A stretch of DNA of 64,000 nucleotides from Spirochaetota bacterium (GTDB lineage Bacteria > Spirochaetota > UBA4802 > UBA5550), in contig CAXXHB010000003.1 of assembly GCA_963664815.2 (NCBI GenBank), forward strand, positions 3,680,001-3,744,000, in the 5' to 3' direction. This document shows, one piece after another, positions 27,204-38,163 of the stretch; position 1 is the first letter of the stretch; every line of letters begins with the position of its first letter. The position numbers were made by a program, and so were the translations under genes. Below the pieces are notes generated by a model, which searched no databases, was not told the DNA's origin, and saw nothing but the letters and a program-made list of their open reading frames with translations.

Positions 27204-28169
27204 TTAATAAAGAAAATTCCCGCAGATTTTATAACACTCGGATTTTTTAAATACTTCGGGTATCTCCGAACCGCTCAGCAGCAGGTAAGGGATAACCTCA
27301 TCTGCAAGATATGCCGGCAGCGTATTCAGTTTGACAAGCCTTTCCGTCTCATGTATGAGCGCGGTCAGTGTTGAATAATATTTACTCTCCTCAAAAACAA
27401 AATCTCCGGCACTGTTGTATATCTCCATATCCCTTGACAGGATTACATTTACCCCCCCATGCCTTACATAGACATGAATGGAATTTCCGTAACCGTCGGC
27501 ATCAATTATCTCAAGTATCTGAACCCTGTTTTCCTCTATGTTCGCGTTCTTTATAATAAACTCCTTCTCGCGTGCAGCCATATCCATATTCATCTTTGCC
27601 ATCAGTATCCTCACACCCTCAATCCCGGCATCATCGGAATTGAAAAGATTTCCGCACTTCTTCGGTTCTGCGGGATATATCCTCGACTCGGCAATTCCCC
27701 CGCCGGATCCGTAAAACCCGAAACGCTTGAGGTTGAGGCTGGCATAATGGCCGGTACTTTCAAGAAATCCGAAAAGCGACTCCTTCAGGAATGTTGTCGG
27801 GCAGGAAAGATGACTATGGGTAACACCTGTGTAATTGATAACAGAACGGAAGTCATTATAAAAAAGTGAGGGGAGCAGAAAGAGTTCTATCTCTGATATA
27901 GGTGAATACTTATCCGTCCCGAAATTATATGTTCCGGCGGGAATACCTTCCGGGGTGAAAATAATATCCCCTCCGGACCCGGTCAGCATACCGGACCCGG
28001 TTTCAAAGACAAACCTTTTAAGATCATTAAAAAGCGGCATCAGATCATAATTCTTTTCAATGAACTCAAATCCGTTTTTTACGGCAACCGGCTCCTTTTT
28101 AAAAAGAGCAAGTGAGAGCGCCATCCGTATATGCCGCCAGTTAAATGTATTTAATTCGATTATCATCAT
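27204..28169 (-). CDS. RNA 3'-terminal phosphate cyclase-like protein (degenerate)
   Basis: RMALSLA, F.P, G.TH....P, GFYGSGGG and YLADE motifs of the RTC fold. Confidence 0.65.
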   Translation of the reverse strand: MMIIELNTFNWRHIRMALSLALFKKEPVAVKNGFEFIEKNYDLMPLFNDLKRFVFETGSGMLTGSGGDIIFTPEGIPAGTYNFGTDKYSPISEIELFLLPSLFYNDFRSVINYTGVTHSHLSCPTTFLKESLFGFLESTGHYASLNLKRFGFYGSGGGIAESRIYPAEPKKCGNLFNSDDAGIEGVRILMAKMNMDMAAREKEFIIKNANIEENRVQILEIIDADGYGNSIHVYVRHGGVNVILSRDMEIYNSAGDFVFEESKYYSTLTALIHETERLVKLNTLPAYLADEVIPYLLLSGSEIPEVFKKSECYKICGNFLY

Positions 28170-28207
28170 GATTATATACGGGTTTTCACTAATGATTTAC
28201 AGCGGAA

Positions 28208-29461
28208 TTACATGTATTTCTTCAGAACTTCCGGGATTTCAAAGTTCCCGTCTGCTGTCTGATAGTTTTCAATTATCGCGGCCATTGTTCTCCCCGCTGC
28301 GAGTCCTGAACCGTTCAGCGTATGCAGATAAGCCGGCTTTTCCCCCTTTTTCCTGTATCTTATCATTGCCCTTCTTGCCTGGTATTCGAGAAAATTTGAG
28401 CATGATGATATCTCCATGTACCTGTTAAGTCCCGGCATCCAGACCTCCAGGTCGTATGTCTTTGTCGATGATGCAGAGGTATCTCCTCCGCATAACAGGA
28501 CGGTTCTGTAATGAAGATTAAGTCTTTTCAGAACCTCTTCAGCGTTAAGTGTCAGTTTTTCAAGTTCGTCAAAAGAGTTTTCAGGCTCAACAAACTTGAC
28601 AAGCTCAACCTTCTGGAACTGGTGAACCCTCACAAGTCCCCTTGTGTCTCTCCCCGCGGCGCCTGCCTCGCGCCTGAAGCACGATGACTGCATGGTGAGA
28701 TATATCGGCAGATTATCAGCTTCGAGAATCTCGTCCCTGTAAATATTGGTAAGGGTTACCTCCGCAGTGGGTATAAGTGAGAGACCATCCCTCTCCATTT
28801 TATAATATTCATCCTTGAATTTCGGATACTGCCCTGTCCCGGTCATGCTCTCGTCATTAACTATAAACGGCCCGAAAGTCTCCTCGTAACCATGTTCCTT
28901 TGTGTGAAGATCAAGCATAAAGTTTATGATTGCCCTTTCAAGTCTAGCAGCCAGTCCATGATATACATAGAACCTTGCACCGGCAAGTTTTACACCTCTC
29001 TCAAAATCAAGTATGCCGAGCTTTGTTCCTATTTCATAGTGGGGCTGCGGCTCAAAATTAAATTCCGGTTTTTTACCCCACTCTCTCACTACAACATTGT
29101 CCTTCTCGTCTTTCCCTTCAGGAACTGACGCATCAAGTATATTGGGAACTGAAAGATGAAGGTCCGCAAACATCCCGTTAAGCTCCTCAAGCCTGTCGGA
29201 AAAGGTTTTCAGTTCGTCGGAGATTGTCTGGACTTCTTTCATTGCATCTGCGGCATCTTTTCCCTGTGATTTAAGCTGCCCGATTGTTTTAGAGAGCCTG
29301 TTTCTCTTCTCTCTCAGGTCGTCAGATTTAAGTGAGAGTTCACGTCTCTCATCATCAATACTTTTAAGTTTATCAACATCAACTGCGCTTTGCATGTTTC
29401 TTTTAACAAGAAGCGTTCTGATCGAATTTATATCATCTCTTATTATTTTTGGATCTATCAT
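28208..29461 (-). CDS. serS: Serine--tRNA ligase
   Basis: [40 protein letters not shown] and HTLNGSGLA motifs. Confidence 0.98.
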   Translation of the reverse strand: MIDPKIIRDDINSIRTLLVKRNMQSAVDVDKLKSIDDERRELSLKSDDLREKRNRLSKTIGQLKSQGKDAADAMKEVQTISDELKTFSDRLEELNGMFADLHLSVPNILDASVPEGKDEKDNVVVREWGKKPEFNFEPQPHYEIGTKLGILDFERGVKLAGARFYVYHGLAARLERAIINFMLDLHTKEHGYEETFGPFIVNDESMTGTGQYPKFKDEYYKMERDGLSLIPTAEVTLTNIYRDEILEADNLPIYLTMQSSCFRREAGAAGRDTRGLVRVHQFQKVELVKFVEPENSFDELEKLTLNAEEVLKRLNLHYRTVLLCGGDTSASSTKTYDLEVWMPGLNRYMEISSCSNFLEYQARRAMIRYRKKGEKPAYLHTLNGSGLAAGRTMAAIIENYQTADGNFEIPEVLKKYM

Positions 29462-29618
29462 AAATTTACCTCAAATTCCTGAAACTATGATTAATTGCGG
29501 AAACAGATAATTTTTTGTCAAGAGGTAAAAAGTATATGCACTTACTCATGTTATATTTGTCTTGACCATTTTTAACTATATATTTGATTTAATATCATAA
29601 TAACGGGACGATGTTTCA

Positions 29619-30638
29619 ATGCTTAAAGACAGCAAAGTAAAATATTACTCGATTCTTTTCATCTGTCTGATTGTATACCTTACAGCAGTAATTTCATATG
29701 TGGTATGGTCCAACCATGAACGCAAACAATTAATAATTGCAGAAATAGACAACAAACTCTCAACTGCCGCTAAAGGTATAAAATATATGCTTGCCCCCGA
29801 TTTCCATGACAGGGCTTTAAATAAAAACAGTATTTCTTTTAATGAAGAAATGAAGAACCGGAAAGCAATTAATGGTTTTGTCAAAGAGACAGAATTCACA
29901 TGGATTTATACCCTTGTCGAGTATGATGGAAAATTTTATTTTTCAGCCCCCACCGTTACTTCTCAGGAGGCGATTGACAGGAAATCATGGTATTTTTATC
30001 CCTACAAAGATATTCCGGATGAATTTGTTAAGGCTTTCAACGGCAGAAAGCCCTGTTTTGTAAATTATACAGACCAATGGGGTGCTTACAGATCTGTGGC
30101 GATCCCTCAGGTTTCTCCGGGGGGCCGTCTTTATCTTTCATGTGCAGATTTTGACATCAGTTATATCGATGTCATCCTTAAGGATAACCTGATAAAATCA
30201 GTTTTCAGCGCATTATACTTTATGCTTTTTTCTCTTCCGTTTATATTCGTATTCAGACGTTTTTTCAGATCATACACCATCACTCTTAAAAATATGAACG
30301 ATGAACTTGTTTCCCACAGGGAAAATCTAGAATTACAGATTAACAAACGCACCTCAGAGTTAAAAATGGCCTATGACAGGCTGAGTGATGAACTCCTTGA
30401 AAAAGAAGCTATAGAAAAAAATCTTACTGAAGAGCGGAACAGACTTATTGAGGCTATAACTGAAGTTAAAACACTGAGCGGGCTTCTCCCCATATGTGCT
30501 TCATGTAAAAAAATCAGGGATGACAGCGGGTACTGGTACCAGATAGAAAAATATATACAGGAACATTCCGAAGCAACATTCAGTCATGGGATATGTCCCG
30601 ATTGCGCCGGGAAGTTATACCCGGGATTAAGCAGTTAA
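29619..30638 (+). CDS. Membrane sensor (Cache-like) with C-terminal Cys-rich domain and no kinase domain
   Basis: Two TMs flanking a YTDQWG-containing periplasmic domain, a coiled coil, then LSGLLPICASCKKIRDD...FSHGICPDC. Confidence 0.75.
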   Translation: MLKDSKVKYYSILFICLIVYLTAVISYVVWSNHERKQLIIAEIDNKLSTAAKGIKYMLAPDFHDRALNKNSISFNEEMKNRKAINGFVKETEFTWIYTLVEYDGKFYFSAPTVTSQEAIDRKSWYFYPYKDIPDEFVKAFNGRKPCFVNYTDQWGAYRSVAIPQVSPGGRLYLSCADFDISYIDVILKDNLIKSVFSALYFMLFSLPFIFVFRRFFRSYTITLKNMNDELVSHRENLELQINKRTSELKMAYDRLSDELLEKEAIEKNLTEERNRLIEAITEVKTLSGLLPICASCKKIRDDSGYWYQIEKYIQEHSEATFSHGICPDCAGKLYPGLSS

Positions 30639-30668
30639 CAGATACAATGGAGTTTTAAATTACCGGAT

Positions 30669-30704
30669 AAAAAAATATACCGGTGGAATCACCGGTATAT
30701 TTTT
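30669..30704. terminator. Bidirectional intrinsic terminator
   Basis: aaaaatataccggtg-gaat-caccggtatattttt between convergent genes. Confidence 0.8.
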
Positions 30705-30723
30705 CAACGTGACGGGAGGATGA

Positions 30724-30924
30724 TTATTTAGCTGCTTCTTCTTTTTTAGCTTTTTTTGCTTTTTTAGTTTTTGCAGGTTTTTTTGCTGTATCTGATTTAG
30801 CAGCTTCTTTTTTTACTTCAGCAGCTTTAGGATCAGCAACTTTTGTATCAGCAGCAAAAACCATGGAACCGGAAACAAGCGCGATAGCTACGAATGCAAC
30901 AACAACTTTAACGAGTCTTTTCAT
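30724..30924 (-). CDS. Small secreted Lys/Ala-rich protein
   Basis: Signal peptide ending VFA-A, highly basic low-complexity mature part, aggag RBS. Confidence 0.75.
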   Translation of the reverse strand: MKRLVKVVVAFVAIALVSGSMVFAADTKVADPKAAEVKKEAAKSDTAKKPAKTKKAKKAKKEEAAK

Positions 30925-31004
30925 GAAAAAATCTCCTTTCTTTTTATAATTACCGGTTAAACCGGAATTTGCAGTTTTAACAAAACAGGAAGCGCTACAC
31001 TTCT

Positions 31005-31370
31005 CTATTTATTCATTTTACCCTTTGGCACAGATTTATATTTAACTTCCATGCCCGCTGATTCATTCTTCTGTTCAGAAACTGTAATTGTAATTATCTG
31101 AAGAGTTTTATTATTACAAACTTTATATGCAATGTCAACTTCAAAATTAATCTTATCTTTAAACTTTTCACAAATATCTGACGAAGCGTGAAATTTTACA
31201 ATCCTTGAATTCTCTTTAATATAAATTGATTTTTTCTTTACCTCAACTCTTACCAATATGCCGGTAATTGTTTTATTATTATCGTTTTCAATTTCTGATG
31301 AGAAAACCGGAGAGCCAGAAAAGATTGCAATATACAGAATCACAATAACCGAGTTTAAAAATCTGCTCAA
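31005..31370 (-). CDS. Small secreted hypothetical protein
   Basis: Signal-peptide-like N-terminus and beta-rich mature region. Confidence 0.6.
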   Translation of the reverse strand: MSRFLNSVIVILYIAIFSGSPVFSSEIENDNNKTITGILVRVEVKKKSIYIKENSRIVKFHASSDICEKFKDKINFEVDIAYKVCNNKTLQIITITVSEQKNESAGMEVKYKSVPKGKMNK

Positions 31371-31455
31371 TCCGGCTCTCCTTCAGATTATATCATTTAT
31401 CATTTTTCACAGAACATTAACCAATGTTCATGCTGCCATGTTACATATTATATAC

Positions 31456-31470
31456 GCACATTACGTGCCA
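31456..31470 (-). promoter_or_regulatory. Putative sigma54 -24/-12 promoter
   Basis: Minus strand TGGCAC-gtaat-GTGC (GG-N10-GC) directly downstream of a sigma54 activator gene. Confidence 0.65.
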
Positions 31471-31596
31471 GATATTTCAGTCCAGGAATTAACGCAAAAA
31501 GGGTTATTTTAATTAGAAAAAGAGGTTTTAATGGACAAAATAAATTATTTGTCGTGGTAAATTATTTTTTATGTATGGTAAATAGACCATCTTTAA

Positions 31597-32985
31597 TCAG
31601 TTCTTTTTATAGTTTTCAGGATCTATATTATACTTCTGCACCAGTTGCCAGAAGTTCTTCCTGTCAATTTCAGCTTCCCTGGCTGCTGCGGCAATGTTCC
31701 CGTTGTTCTTTTCAAGCATTCCTGAAAGATACTTCTTTTCAAACTCCTCCACTACCCGGGCTTTTGTATCCCTGAAATTCATATTTATTTCATCAAATGA
31801 TTCATCCGGTTCCGTTATAAATGACGCTATATCCCCTCTCCTGATAATATTATTTTCGCAGAGGGCCGATGCACTCTCTATACAATTTTTCAGTTCCCGC
31901 ACATTTCCGGGCCAGTCATATTTCATAAGAATGTTAACAGATTCATTTTCGATTTCAACCGGTTCATTTCTGTGAATATTGATTTCATCGAGAAAACTGT
32001 TTACAAGAAACGGTATATCCTCTTTCCTTTCGCGCAGAGGTGGAATGTGAATTGAAAGCACCTTAAGCCTGAAATAGAGGTCATCCCTGAACTCTTTCTT
32101 TTTAATCAGCTCCTCAAGATTTTTATTTGTTGCTGAAATCATCCTGACATTCAGAACCATTGATTTTGAATCCCCTATTCTGCGTATTTCCCGATCCTGA
32201 AGAAACCGGAGCAGCTTCCCCTGAATATCAATGCCGATATCACCAATCTCATCAAGAAAAATTACACCGTTATCAGCCTGTTCAAAAAGTCCGGCCCGGC
32301 TGTCACCGGCTCCGGTAAAAGATCCTTTTCTGAATCCGAAGAGTTCACTTTCAAGAAGATTCACAGGGAGCAGGCTGCACTGAACCGGCACAAAGGGTTT
32401 ATCCTTTCTTTCACTGATGGAATGGATATACTTCGCTATGACCTCCTTCCCCGTGCCGCTTTCCCCCGTTATAAGCACGCTCAGCTGCGTGTCTGCAACC
32501 TTTCTGCAGAAAACGAGTATCTCCTGCATCCTCCTGCTTATAACATTCAGCGTGCTGCCCCTCTGGAGAAGTTCAATCTCTTTCTTTAAACGTATATTCT
32601 CATCAACAAGTTTAATATGATCGAGAACCTGCTTCACCGATATCCGTATTTCATCACCCTGAAACGGTTTAGTTATATAATCAAATGCCCCGAGCCTCAT
32701 TGCATCAACCGCATTCTCTATACTGCCATAGGCTGTGATCATTATAAAATGAAGCTCCTGCCTTAATGATATTGCCTGTTTTAAAAACTCAATTCCATTC
32801 AACTCCGGCATGTTTATATCTACAACAGCAATATCAAATGTTTCTTTGCGGACTATTTCCAGCGCCTTCACTGATGATGTCATTGTGATGACTTCATATC
32901 CTTCAGGTGACAGAATGCTTTTCAGCAGTTTACACATACCCTCTTCATCATCAAGTACAAGTATTCTGACATTGTTATTTTCCAT
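31597..32985 (-). CDS. Sigma54-dependent response regulator (NtrC/AtoC family)
   Basis: Receiver domain, GESGTGKE, ESELFG, GSFTGA, WPGNVREL and Fis-type HTH. Confidence 0.95.
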   Translation of the reverse strand: MENNNVRILVLDDEEGMCKLLKSILSPEGYEVITMTSSVKALEIVRKETFDIAVVDINMPELNGIEFLKQAISLRQELHFIMITAYGSIENAVDAMRLGAFDYITKPFQGDEIRISVKQVLDHIKLVDENIRLKKEIELLQRGSTLNVISRRMQEILVFCRKVADTQLSVLITGESGTGKEVIAKYIHSISERKDKPFVPVQCSLLPVNLLESELFGFRKGSFTGAGDSRAGLFEQADNGVIFLDEIGDIGIDIQGKLLRFLQDREIRRIGDSKSMVLNVRMISATNKNLEELIKKKEFRDDLYFRLKVLSIHIPPLRERKEDIPFLVNSFLDEINIHRNEPVEIENESVNILMKYDWPGNVRELKNCIESASALCENNIIRRGDIASFITEPDESFDEINMNFRDTKARVVEEFEKKYLSGMLEKNNGNIAAAAREAEIDRKNFWQLVQKYNIDPENYKKN

Positions 32986-34450
32986 TTCTTTCCCTCGGTA
33001 TGTTTATGACAAATTCAGCTCCATGCCCCGGTGCTTCGCCGATCTCAATTGAACCGTTATGTTTCTGTATAATATCCCGGCATATGGCAAGCCCAAGTCC
33101 CACCCCCCTGCTTTTTGTTGTATAAAACGGCGTGAAAATCTTTTCTCTCTCCTTCTCCCTGATTCCCGGACCGTCATCAGTAATTCTTACCTCCGCCAGT
33201 TCCGAGGTATAGGATAATACTATATTAACAGACCCTTTATATTCCATCGCTTCGCATGAATTGAGCATCATGTTTAAAAGAACCTGCTTAATCTGAACAG
33301 CATCAATTTCAATTTCCACCTCTTCCTGCGGTTTTTTAAACTCAAACCTTACATCCCTGTATTTATCCTGATTCATCAGCAGCTTTACAGTTTCACGTAT
33401 TACGCTGCTGATATTATTCAGAATATAGCATGGAGCAGGCGTTCTCGCAAAATCAAGAAGCTCTCCCAGAAGTTTTTTACAACGCACAGCCTCTCCGTGT
33501 ATATCACCGATATACTCCATGTCTGCATCACTCAGGGATTTTTTCTGCAGAAGCAGTTCTGCAAAACCGCAGATTATGCCTATCGGGTTATTCAGTTCAT
33601 GGGATATCCCCGCAGCTATCTCTCCGACTGCAGCTCTCCTTTCCGATACTATCAGTTTCTGCTGGTTAGCCGTAAGAGTATCTATCATCATCTTGAATCT
33701 CTCCCTGAGGCTTTCCATCTCCACCTTATCGGTACTAACCGGCATAAGGTTATCACTTGCCATTTCGATCTCTTTTATCGGATCAACAATACTTTTTGTT
33801 ATAATAATGACCAGCAGCACGCCAAGTATGATAAAGCATACTATTATTACATACGCGAGATACCTGCTGTTATTTATATATCTTTTGAGTTTACTCTCCG
33901 ACTCGGCAATTACACTTCTGTTAACAGTAATCAGCTGCTCACACCCGTTATAAATTGCATTATAATGGTTCATTGATTTAATAAGAAGAAGCTTTATCGC
34001 CTGGTCCTTCCTTCCGCTGTCAGCAAGGTAAATTATCTCCTTGTGGGATTTCATATAACTTGAAAATTCAAGAGACATTATCGACAGAATATCTCTCTCC
34101 TCGTCGGTGTTTGCCACCTGGAATGCCTGGTTATACCAGAAGTTGAACTGCTCGACTTTTTCATCAAACTCCTTCAGCCACCTTCTGTCGCCATCAAGCA
34201 TATAGTTAGCCTTCAGCTCTTTCAGATTAAGAAGTGAATTTTCAACATTATATCCGGCTGTTATGCTTGTTAGATTCTTTAAAAGTATTTCGCCATGCAG
34301 ATCCTGCATCTTATGAGTTATTACCAGAAGTACAATAAAAATCATAATTGCAGGAATCATCATAAACTGAAATATTATTAAAATTTTGTACCAGATTTTA
34401 AGATTTCTTATACTATAGAGTTTCATAATCCTTTCCTGTAAGAACATCAT
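32975..34450 (-). CDS. Sensor histidine kinase with four-helix-bundle sensor
   Basis: Two TMs, ISHELNNP H-box, DDGPGI and GLGL motifs. Confidence 0.95.
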   Translation of the reverse strand: MMFLQERIMKLYSIRNLKIWYKILIIFQFMMIPAIMIFIVLLVITHKMQDLHGEILLKNLTSITAGYNVENSLLNLKELKANYMLDGDRRWLKEFDEKVEQFNFWYNQAFQVANTDEERDILSIMSLEFSSYMKSHKEIIYLADSGRKDQAIKLLLIKSMNHYNAIYNGCEQLITVNRSVIAESESKLKRYINNSRYLAYVIIVCFIILGVLLVIIITKSIVDPIKEIEMASDNLMPVSTDKVEMESLRERFKMMIDTLTANQQKLIVSERRAAVGEIAAGISHELNNPIGIICGFAELLLQKKSLSDADMEYIGDIHGEAVRCKKLLGELLDFARTPAPCYILNNISSVIRETVKLLMNQDKYRDVRFEFKKPQEEVEIEIDAVQIKQVLLNMMLNSCEAMEYKGSVNIVLSYTSELAEVRITDDGPGIREKEREKIFTPFYTTKSRGVGLGLAICRDIIQKHNGSIEIGEAPGHGAEFVINIPRERNGK

Positions 34451-34732
34451 CCCGGGAAGTAATAATTGTCAAGATTTTCATTTTAACGGCAAAACAACTT
34501 TTTTATAATCAATATCCCTGTAAAAAACCTGTTTTTTACCATATATATTTCCATCTTTACATCCTTACCCGGATGGAACCGGAGCAAGGGGGGAACATGA
34601 ACAGGAAAAGAGCTGTTTCACAGATAATTACCGGAAGCATATTGACAAAAACCGGGATTGCAGCTTTATTTGATTCAGTATTAAATTACGACTGAAGATT
34701 TCATTTTAATCTGAATATCAGCCGGGGGGCTA

Positions 34733-35350
34733 ATGAAAAGCGCATTTTTTAATATACCTGAATCAAAGAGAGAAATAATAATCAATGCCTGCATAGATGA
34801 ATTTGCATCACACGGATATGAAAAAAGTTCAACAGACAGAATTATAAAAGCAGCGGGGATATCAAAAGGGGGGCTTTACGAATATATTACCGCGAAAGAG
34901 GAACTCTTCATATTCATAACTGAACATGCCTACAGGGAGCTTTACGGATTTATAAGAAACGGGCTTAAATGTGAGAATGACACTCTTCCGGATGATATTC
35001 TTGAAAGATTCAGACTGGTTTCCTCAATTGCGATAGATTTTTATATAAAACACCCCGAATATATACGCTTTATAGCAAATACCTACAGAATAAACGACCA
35101 GGTTCTTGAAGAGAAGGTTAAAAAGATCTTCATGAAGCAATTCCTTAATATCTTCGGAACTATCTGCGGTGAAACACTGCTCTACGACAGGGAGAAACTG
35201 ATAGACCTTCTTATATGGCTCCTTGCCAAAACACGGGATGATTTCCTTCACGCACTGAAGAAGAATAAGAATATCAGGAGACTCAAGTCAGTATATATGG
35301 ACAACTGGGATTTTTATCTTTCGATTCTTAAAACAGGAATTTACAGATAA
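34733..35350 (+). CDS. TetR/AcrR family regulator
   Basis: EFASHGYEKSS..RII..AGISKGGLYEY HTH. Confidence 0.9.
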   Translation: MKSAFFNIPESKREIIINACIDEFASHGYEKSSTDRIIKAAGISKGGLYEYITAKEELFIFITEHAYRELYGFIRNGLKCENDTLPDDILERFRLVSSIAIDFYIKHPEYIRFIANTYRINDQVLEEKVKKIFMKQFLNIFGTICGETLLYDREKLIDLLIWLLAKTRDDFLHALKKNKNIRRLKSVYMDNWDFYLSILKTGIYR

Positions 35351-35548
35351 TATGCAGCTTCCGGACAGCCCATTCCCGATCTGCAGATACATCCCCGGAT
35401 CACATGGAAAAATGTTTCCGGTCACCCAAGGGTCTGAGTTAACAGTATTTAAACACCGCTCTCCCGTCACCCCCTCTTCCCGATGTTTGGTAATTAAGCT
35501 TTTCCCGTACATTATTCACATTATTTATTTTCCCCGGATTTCAATTAT

Positions 35549-35579
35549 AAAAAAAAGGGCTGCCATTAAGGGCAGCCCT
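35549..35579 (-). terminator. Intrinsic terminator of the beta-oxidation operon
   Basis: agggctgcc/ggcagccct stem followed by a T-run on the minus strand. Confidence 0.75.
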
Positions 35580-35638
35580 GGTGGTTTATTTTATGACCTT
35601 ACCTGAAGATTAAAAATCATTATAAATAAAAGAGAGGA

Positions 35639-38041
35639 TTACAGCATCAAAGGTTTTCCTTTAGTTGCCATATGTTCAGCCATCTTCCGTGTGTTTTCAG
35701 TTTTCCAGAGGCCGACAAAAGCTTCTCTTTCAAGTCTGAGCATATACTCTTCAGATATTTCATTTCCCTGTTTCACATCTCCCCCCGACAGTACATATGC
35801 TGCCGTTCTTACTATATGAGCCATATGAGGTGTTATCTGGAATGCTGCCAGCATATCAGGAAGATTAGCATCAATTGCACCCATTGCATCTGACCCCATT
35901 ACTTTAATCGGAGTTTTTGCCGGAGGAACATACCCGTCTTCAACCATCCTCAGAACTTCTTTTTTAGCCTCTCCTATAAGATAGTCCTTATTAAAAATGA
36001 TTCTGTCCTGTGCCCTTATAAAACCTGATTTTTTCGCATCCATTGCCGATCCGCCAACTTTAGCCATTGCTATCTGCTGGAATGCCTGCAGGAATATCGC
36101 AAGCATATCTGTTGAGGGTGCAACAGGTGTTTCTATAAGTCTTCTCCACAAAGCTACACAGCCTCCACCTGCCGGTATCAGTCCTGCCCCAACTTCAACA
36201 AGTCCCATGTAAAGTTCACAATGTGCTATAATTTTATCCGTCCAGAGGCATATTTCACAGCCTCCGCCTAGTGTCATACCATAAGGAGCTGAAATCACCG
36301 GGTATGTGGAGTATTTGGTTTCCTGCATTCCCAGATGTACATTAGCGATAAAGCTGTCTATCTCTGAAAACTTTCCTGCTGATGCAAGACCCAGCATGTA
36401 TTTCAAGTCTCCCCCAGCACTGAATGCACCCGGAATTCCGCCCGCCTGATTCCCTATAACAAGGCCGATACCGTTTTTATTGATATATTCACGGACTTTT
36501 GCGCCTGTATCAACTATTTCACCATTAACGGCATTCATCTTTGTATGATATTCAAAGCAGAATACACCATCTCCGATGTCTACAAGAGACGCGCTGTTAT
36601 TTTTAATGACTTCTTTTGCCGAATCAGATTTTATATTATCGAGAAAAATCATCTGCGGGCTGTACTGGATATTCTTGTAGGTCATGGTTGTGAAATCCCA
36701 GTATTGTTTTCTGCCATTCTGTACCCTGTAGAACGAAGTACCCCCCTTTTCAAGCATGGTATTAATAGCAGCAGGTATTGCATAACCAGATTTTTCAATA
36801 CCTGACAAAGAGTCCTTCAAGCCTATACAATCCCACATTTCAAACGGTCCATACTCATACGCATAGCCCCACTTCATCGCATTGTCTATTTCTATGAGAG
36901 TATCGCATATTTCCGGAATCCTGTTTACGGAGTATACAAACTCACATGAGAGAAGTCTCATCGCGAATTCACTGTTGTTGAATATGTATTTTATCTTTTC
37001 AGGAATTGTCTTAAACACCTTTGTTGCTTCCACAACAGGATAAGATGCATTTGCATCATAATCAACATGCTGCAGTGTTTTGATATCTATTACTTTTTTG
37101 AATTTTTTTCCGTTTGCATCTTTGCCTGAAAAATAAAATCCCCCCAGCCCTTTTGCCTTGTTTCCGAACATCCCCTTAGCCATCATATCCTTGAAAAACT
37201 TCGGTGTTTTATACTTCTCTCTGAATTCGTCATTTACGAGAAGTTTGTAAGAGTTGTCCGCTATATGGTCTGTCGTATCGGCACCGACAAAGTCAGTAAG
37301 TCCGAATATTCCTGTTCCGGGAATACCCATCGGCTTTGAAAATATAGCATCAGCTTCAGGAATTGTTATAATCCCTTTTTCCAGCAATATCAGTGCTTCA
37401 CATATAGAGATCATCCCTATCCTGTTCCCTATAAAATTCGGAGTGTCTTTCCCCCAGACAACGCCCTTACCAAGAGTCTGTTCGCCCCACTTTGAAACGA
37501 AATCACAGACTTCTTTTGTTGTTTCCGGACCTGCAATACACTCAAGAATTTTCATGTAACGTACGGGATTAAAGAAATGCAGTATAAGAAAATGCTCTTT
37601 AAAATCCCTGCTCCTTCCTTCAGCCATCTGTGAAATCGGAAGTCCTGAAGTGTTGGAAGCTATTATAGATCCTGGTTTTCTTATTTTTTCAAGTCTTCCG
37701 AAAAGATCCTGCTTTACTTTAAGATTTTCAACAACAACTTCAAAGATGATGTCACACTCCTTAAGCCTGTCAAAATCATCTGTGAGATTGCCTGTCTCAA
37801 TAAGGGCAAGATCATGTTTTTTGTCCATGAGTGCTGCAGGTTTTGCTTTAACCTGTCCCTCCAGCCCCGCCGCAACAATTCTGTTTTTTGCAATGCGATC
37901 ATTCTTCTCTTCATCTTTAAGGTCAAAAGGGGCAATATCCAGTAAAAGCGTCTTCACTCCCGCACTGGCACATAGTGCAGCTATGCCCCCTCCCATAATA
38001 CCCGATCCGATTACAGCTGCTTTTTCAATCCGTCTAGTCAT
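35639..38041 (-). CDS. Fused 3-hydroxyacyl-CoA dehydrogenase / enoyl-CoA hydratase (FadN-like)
   Basis: GSGIMG, SNTSG, HFFNP and C-terminal crotonase LGGGCE..GLVEVGAGLIPAGGG. Confidence 0.92.
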   Translation of the reverse strand: MTRRIEKAAVIGSGIMGGGIAALCASAGVKTLLLDIAPFDLKDEEKNDRIAKNRIVAAGLEGQVKAKPAALMDKKHDLALIETGNLTDDFDRLKECDIIFEVVVENLKVKQDLFGRLEKIRKPGSIIASNTSGLPISQMAEGRSRDFKEHFLILHFFNPVRYMKILECIAGPETTKEVCDFVSKWGEQTLGKGVVWGKDTPNFIGNRIGMISICEALILLEKGIITIPEADAIFSKPMGIPGTGIFGLTDFVGADTTDHIADNSYKLLVNDEFREKYKTPKFFKDMMAKGMFGNKAKGLGGFYFSGKDANGKKFKKVIDIKTLQHVDYDANASYPVVEATKVFKTIPEKIKYIFNNSEFAMRLLSCEFVYSVNRIPEICDTLIEIDNAMKWGYAYEYGPFEMWDCIGLKDSLSGIEKSGYAIPAAINTMLEKGGTSFYRVQNGRKQYWDFTTMTYKNIQYSPQMIFLDNIKSDSAKEVIKNNSASLVDIGDGVFCFEYHTKMNAVNGEIVDTGAKVREYINKNGIGLVIGNQAGGIPGAFSAGGDLKYMLGLASAGKFSEIDSFIANVHLGMQETKYSTYPVISAPYGMTLGGGCEICLWTDKIIAHCELYMGLVEVGAGLIPAGGGCVALWRRLIETPVAPSTDMLAIFLQAFQQIAMAKVGGSAMDAKKSGFIRAQDRIIFNKDYLIGEAKKEVLRMVEDGYVPPAKTPIKVMGSDAMGAIDANLPDMLAAFQITPHMAHIVRTAAYVLSGGDVKQGNEISEEYMLRLEREAFVGLWKTENTRKMAEHMATKGKPLML

Positions 38042-38163
38042 AAAACCTTTCTCCTCTGTTTTTGTTTATGGGCATAAACAATGTTTATTACCCTGAAATA
38101 TTTAACACCCGGATCAAATTATAACTAATTCAATACACTACGGTTCCCTTCTTCACCTGCTCT

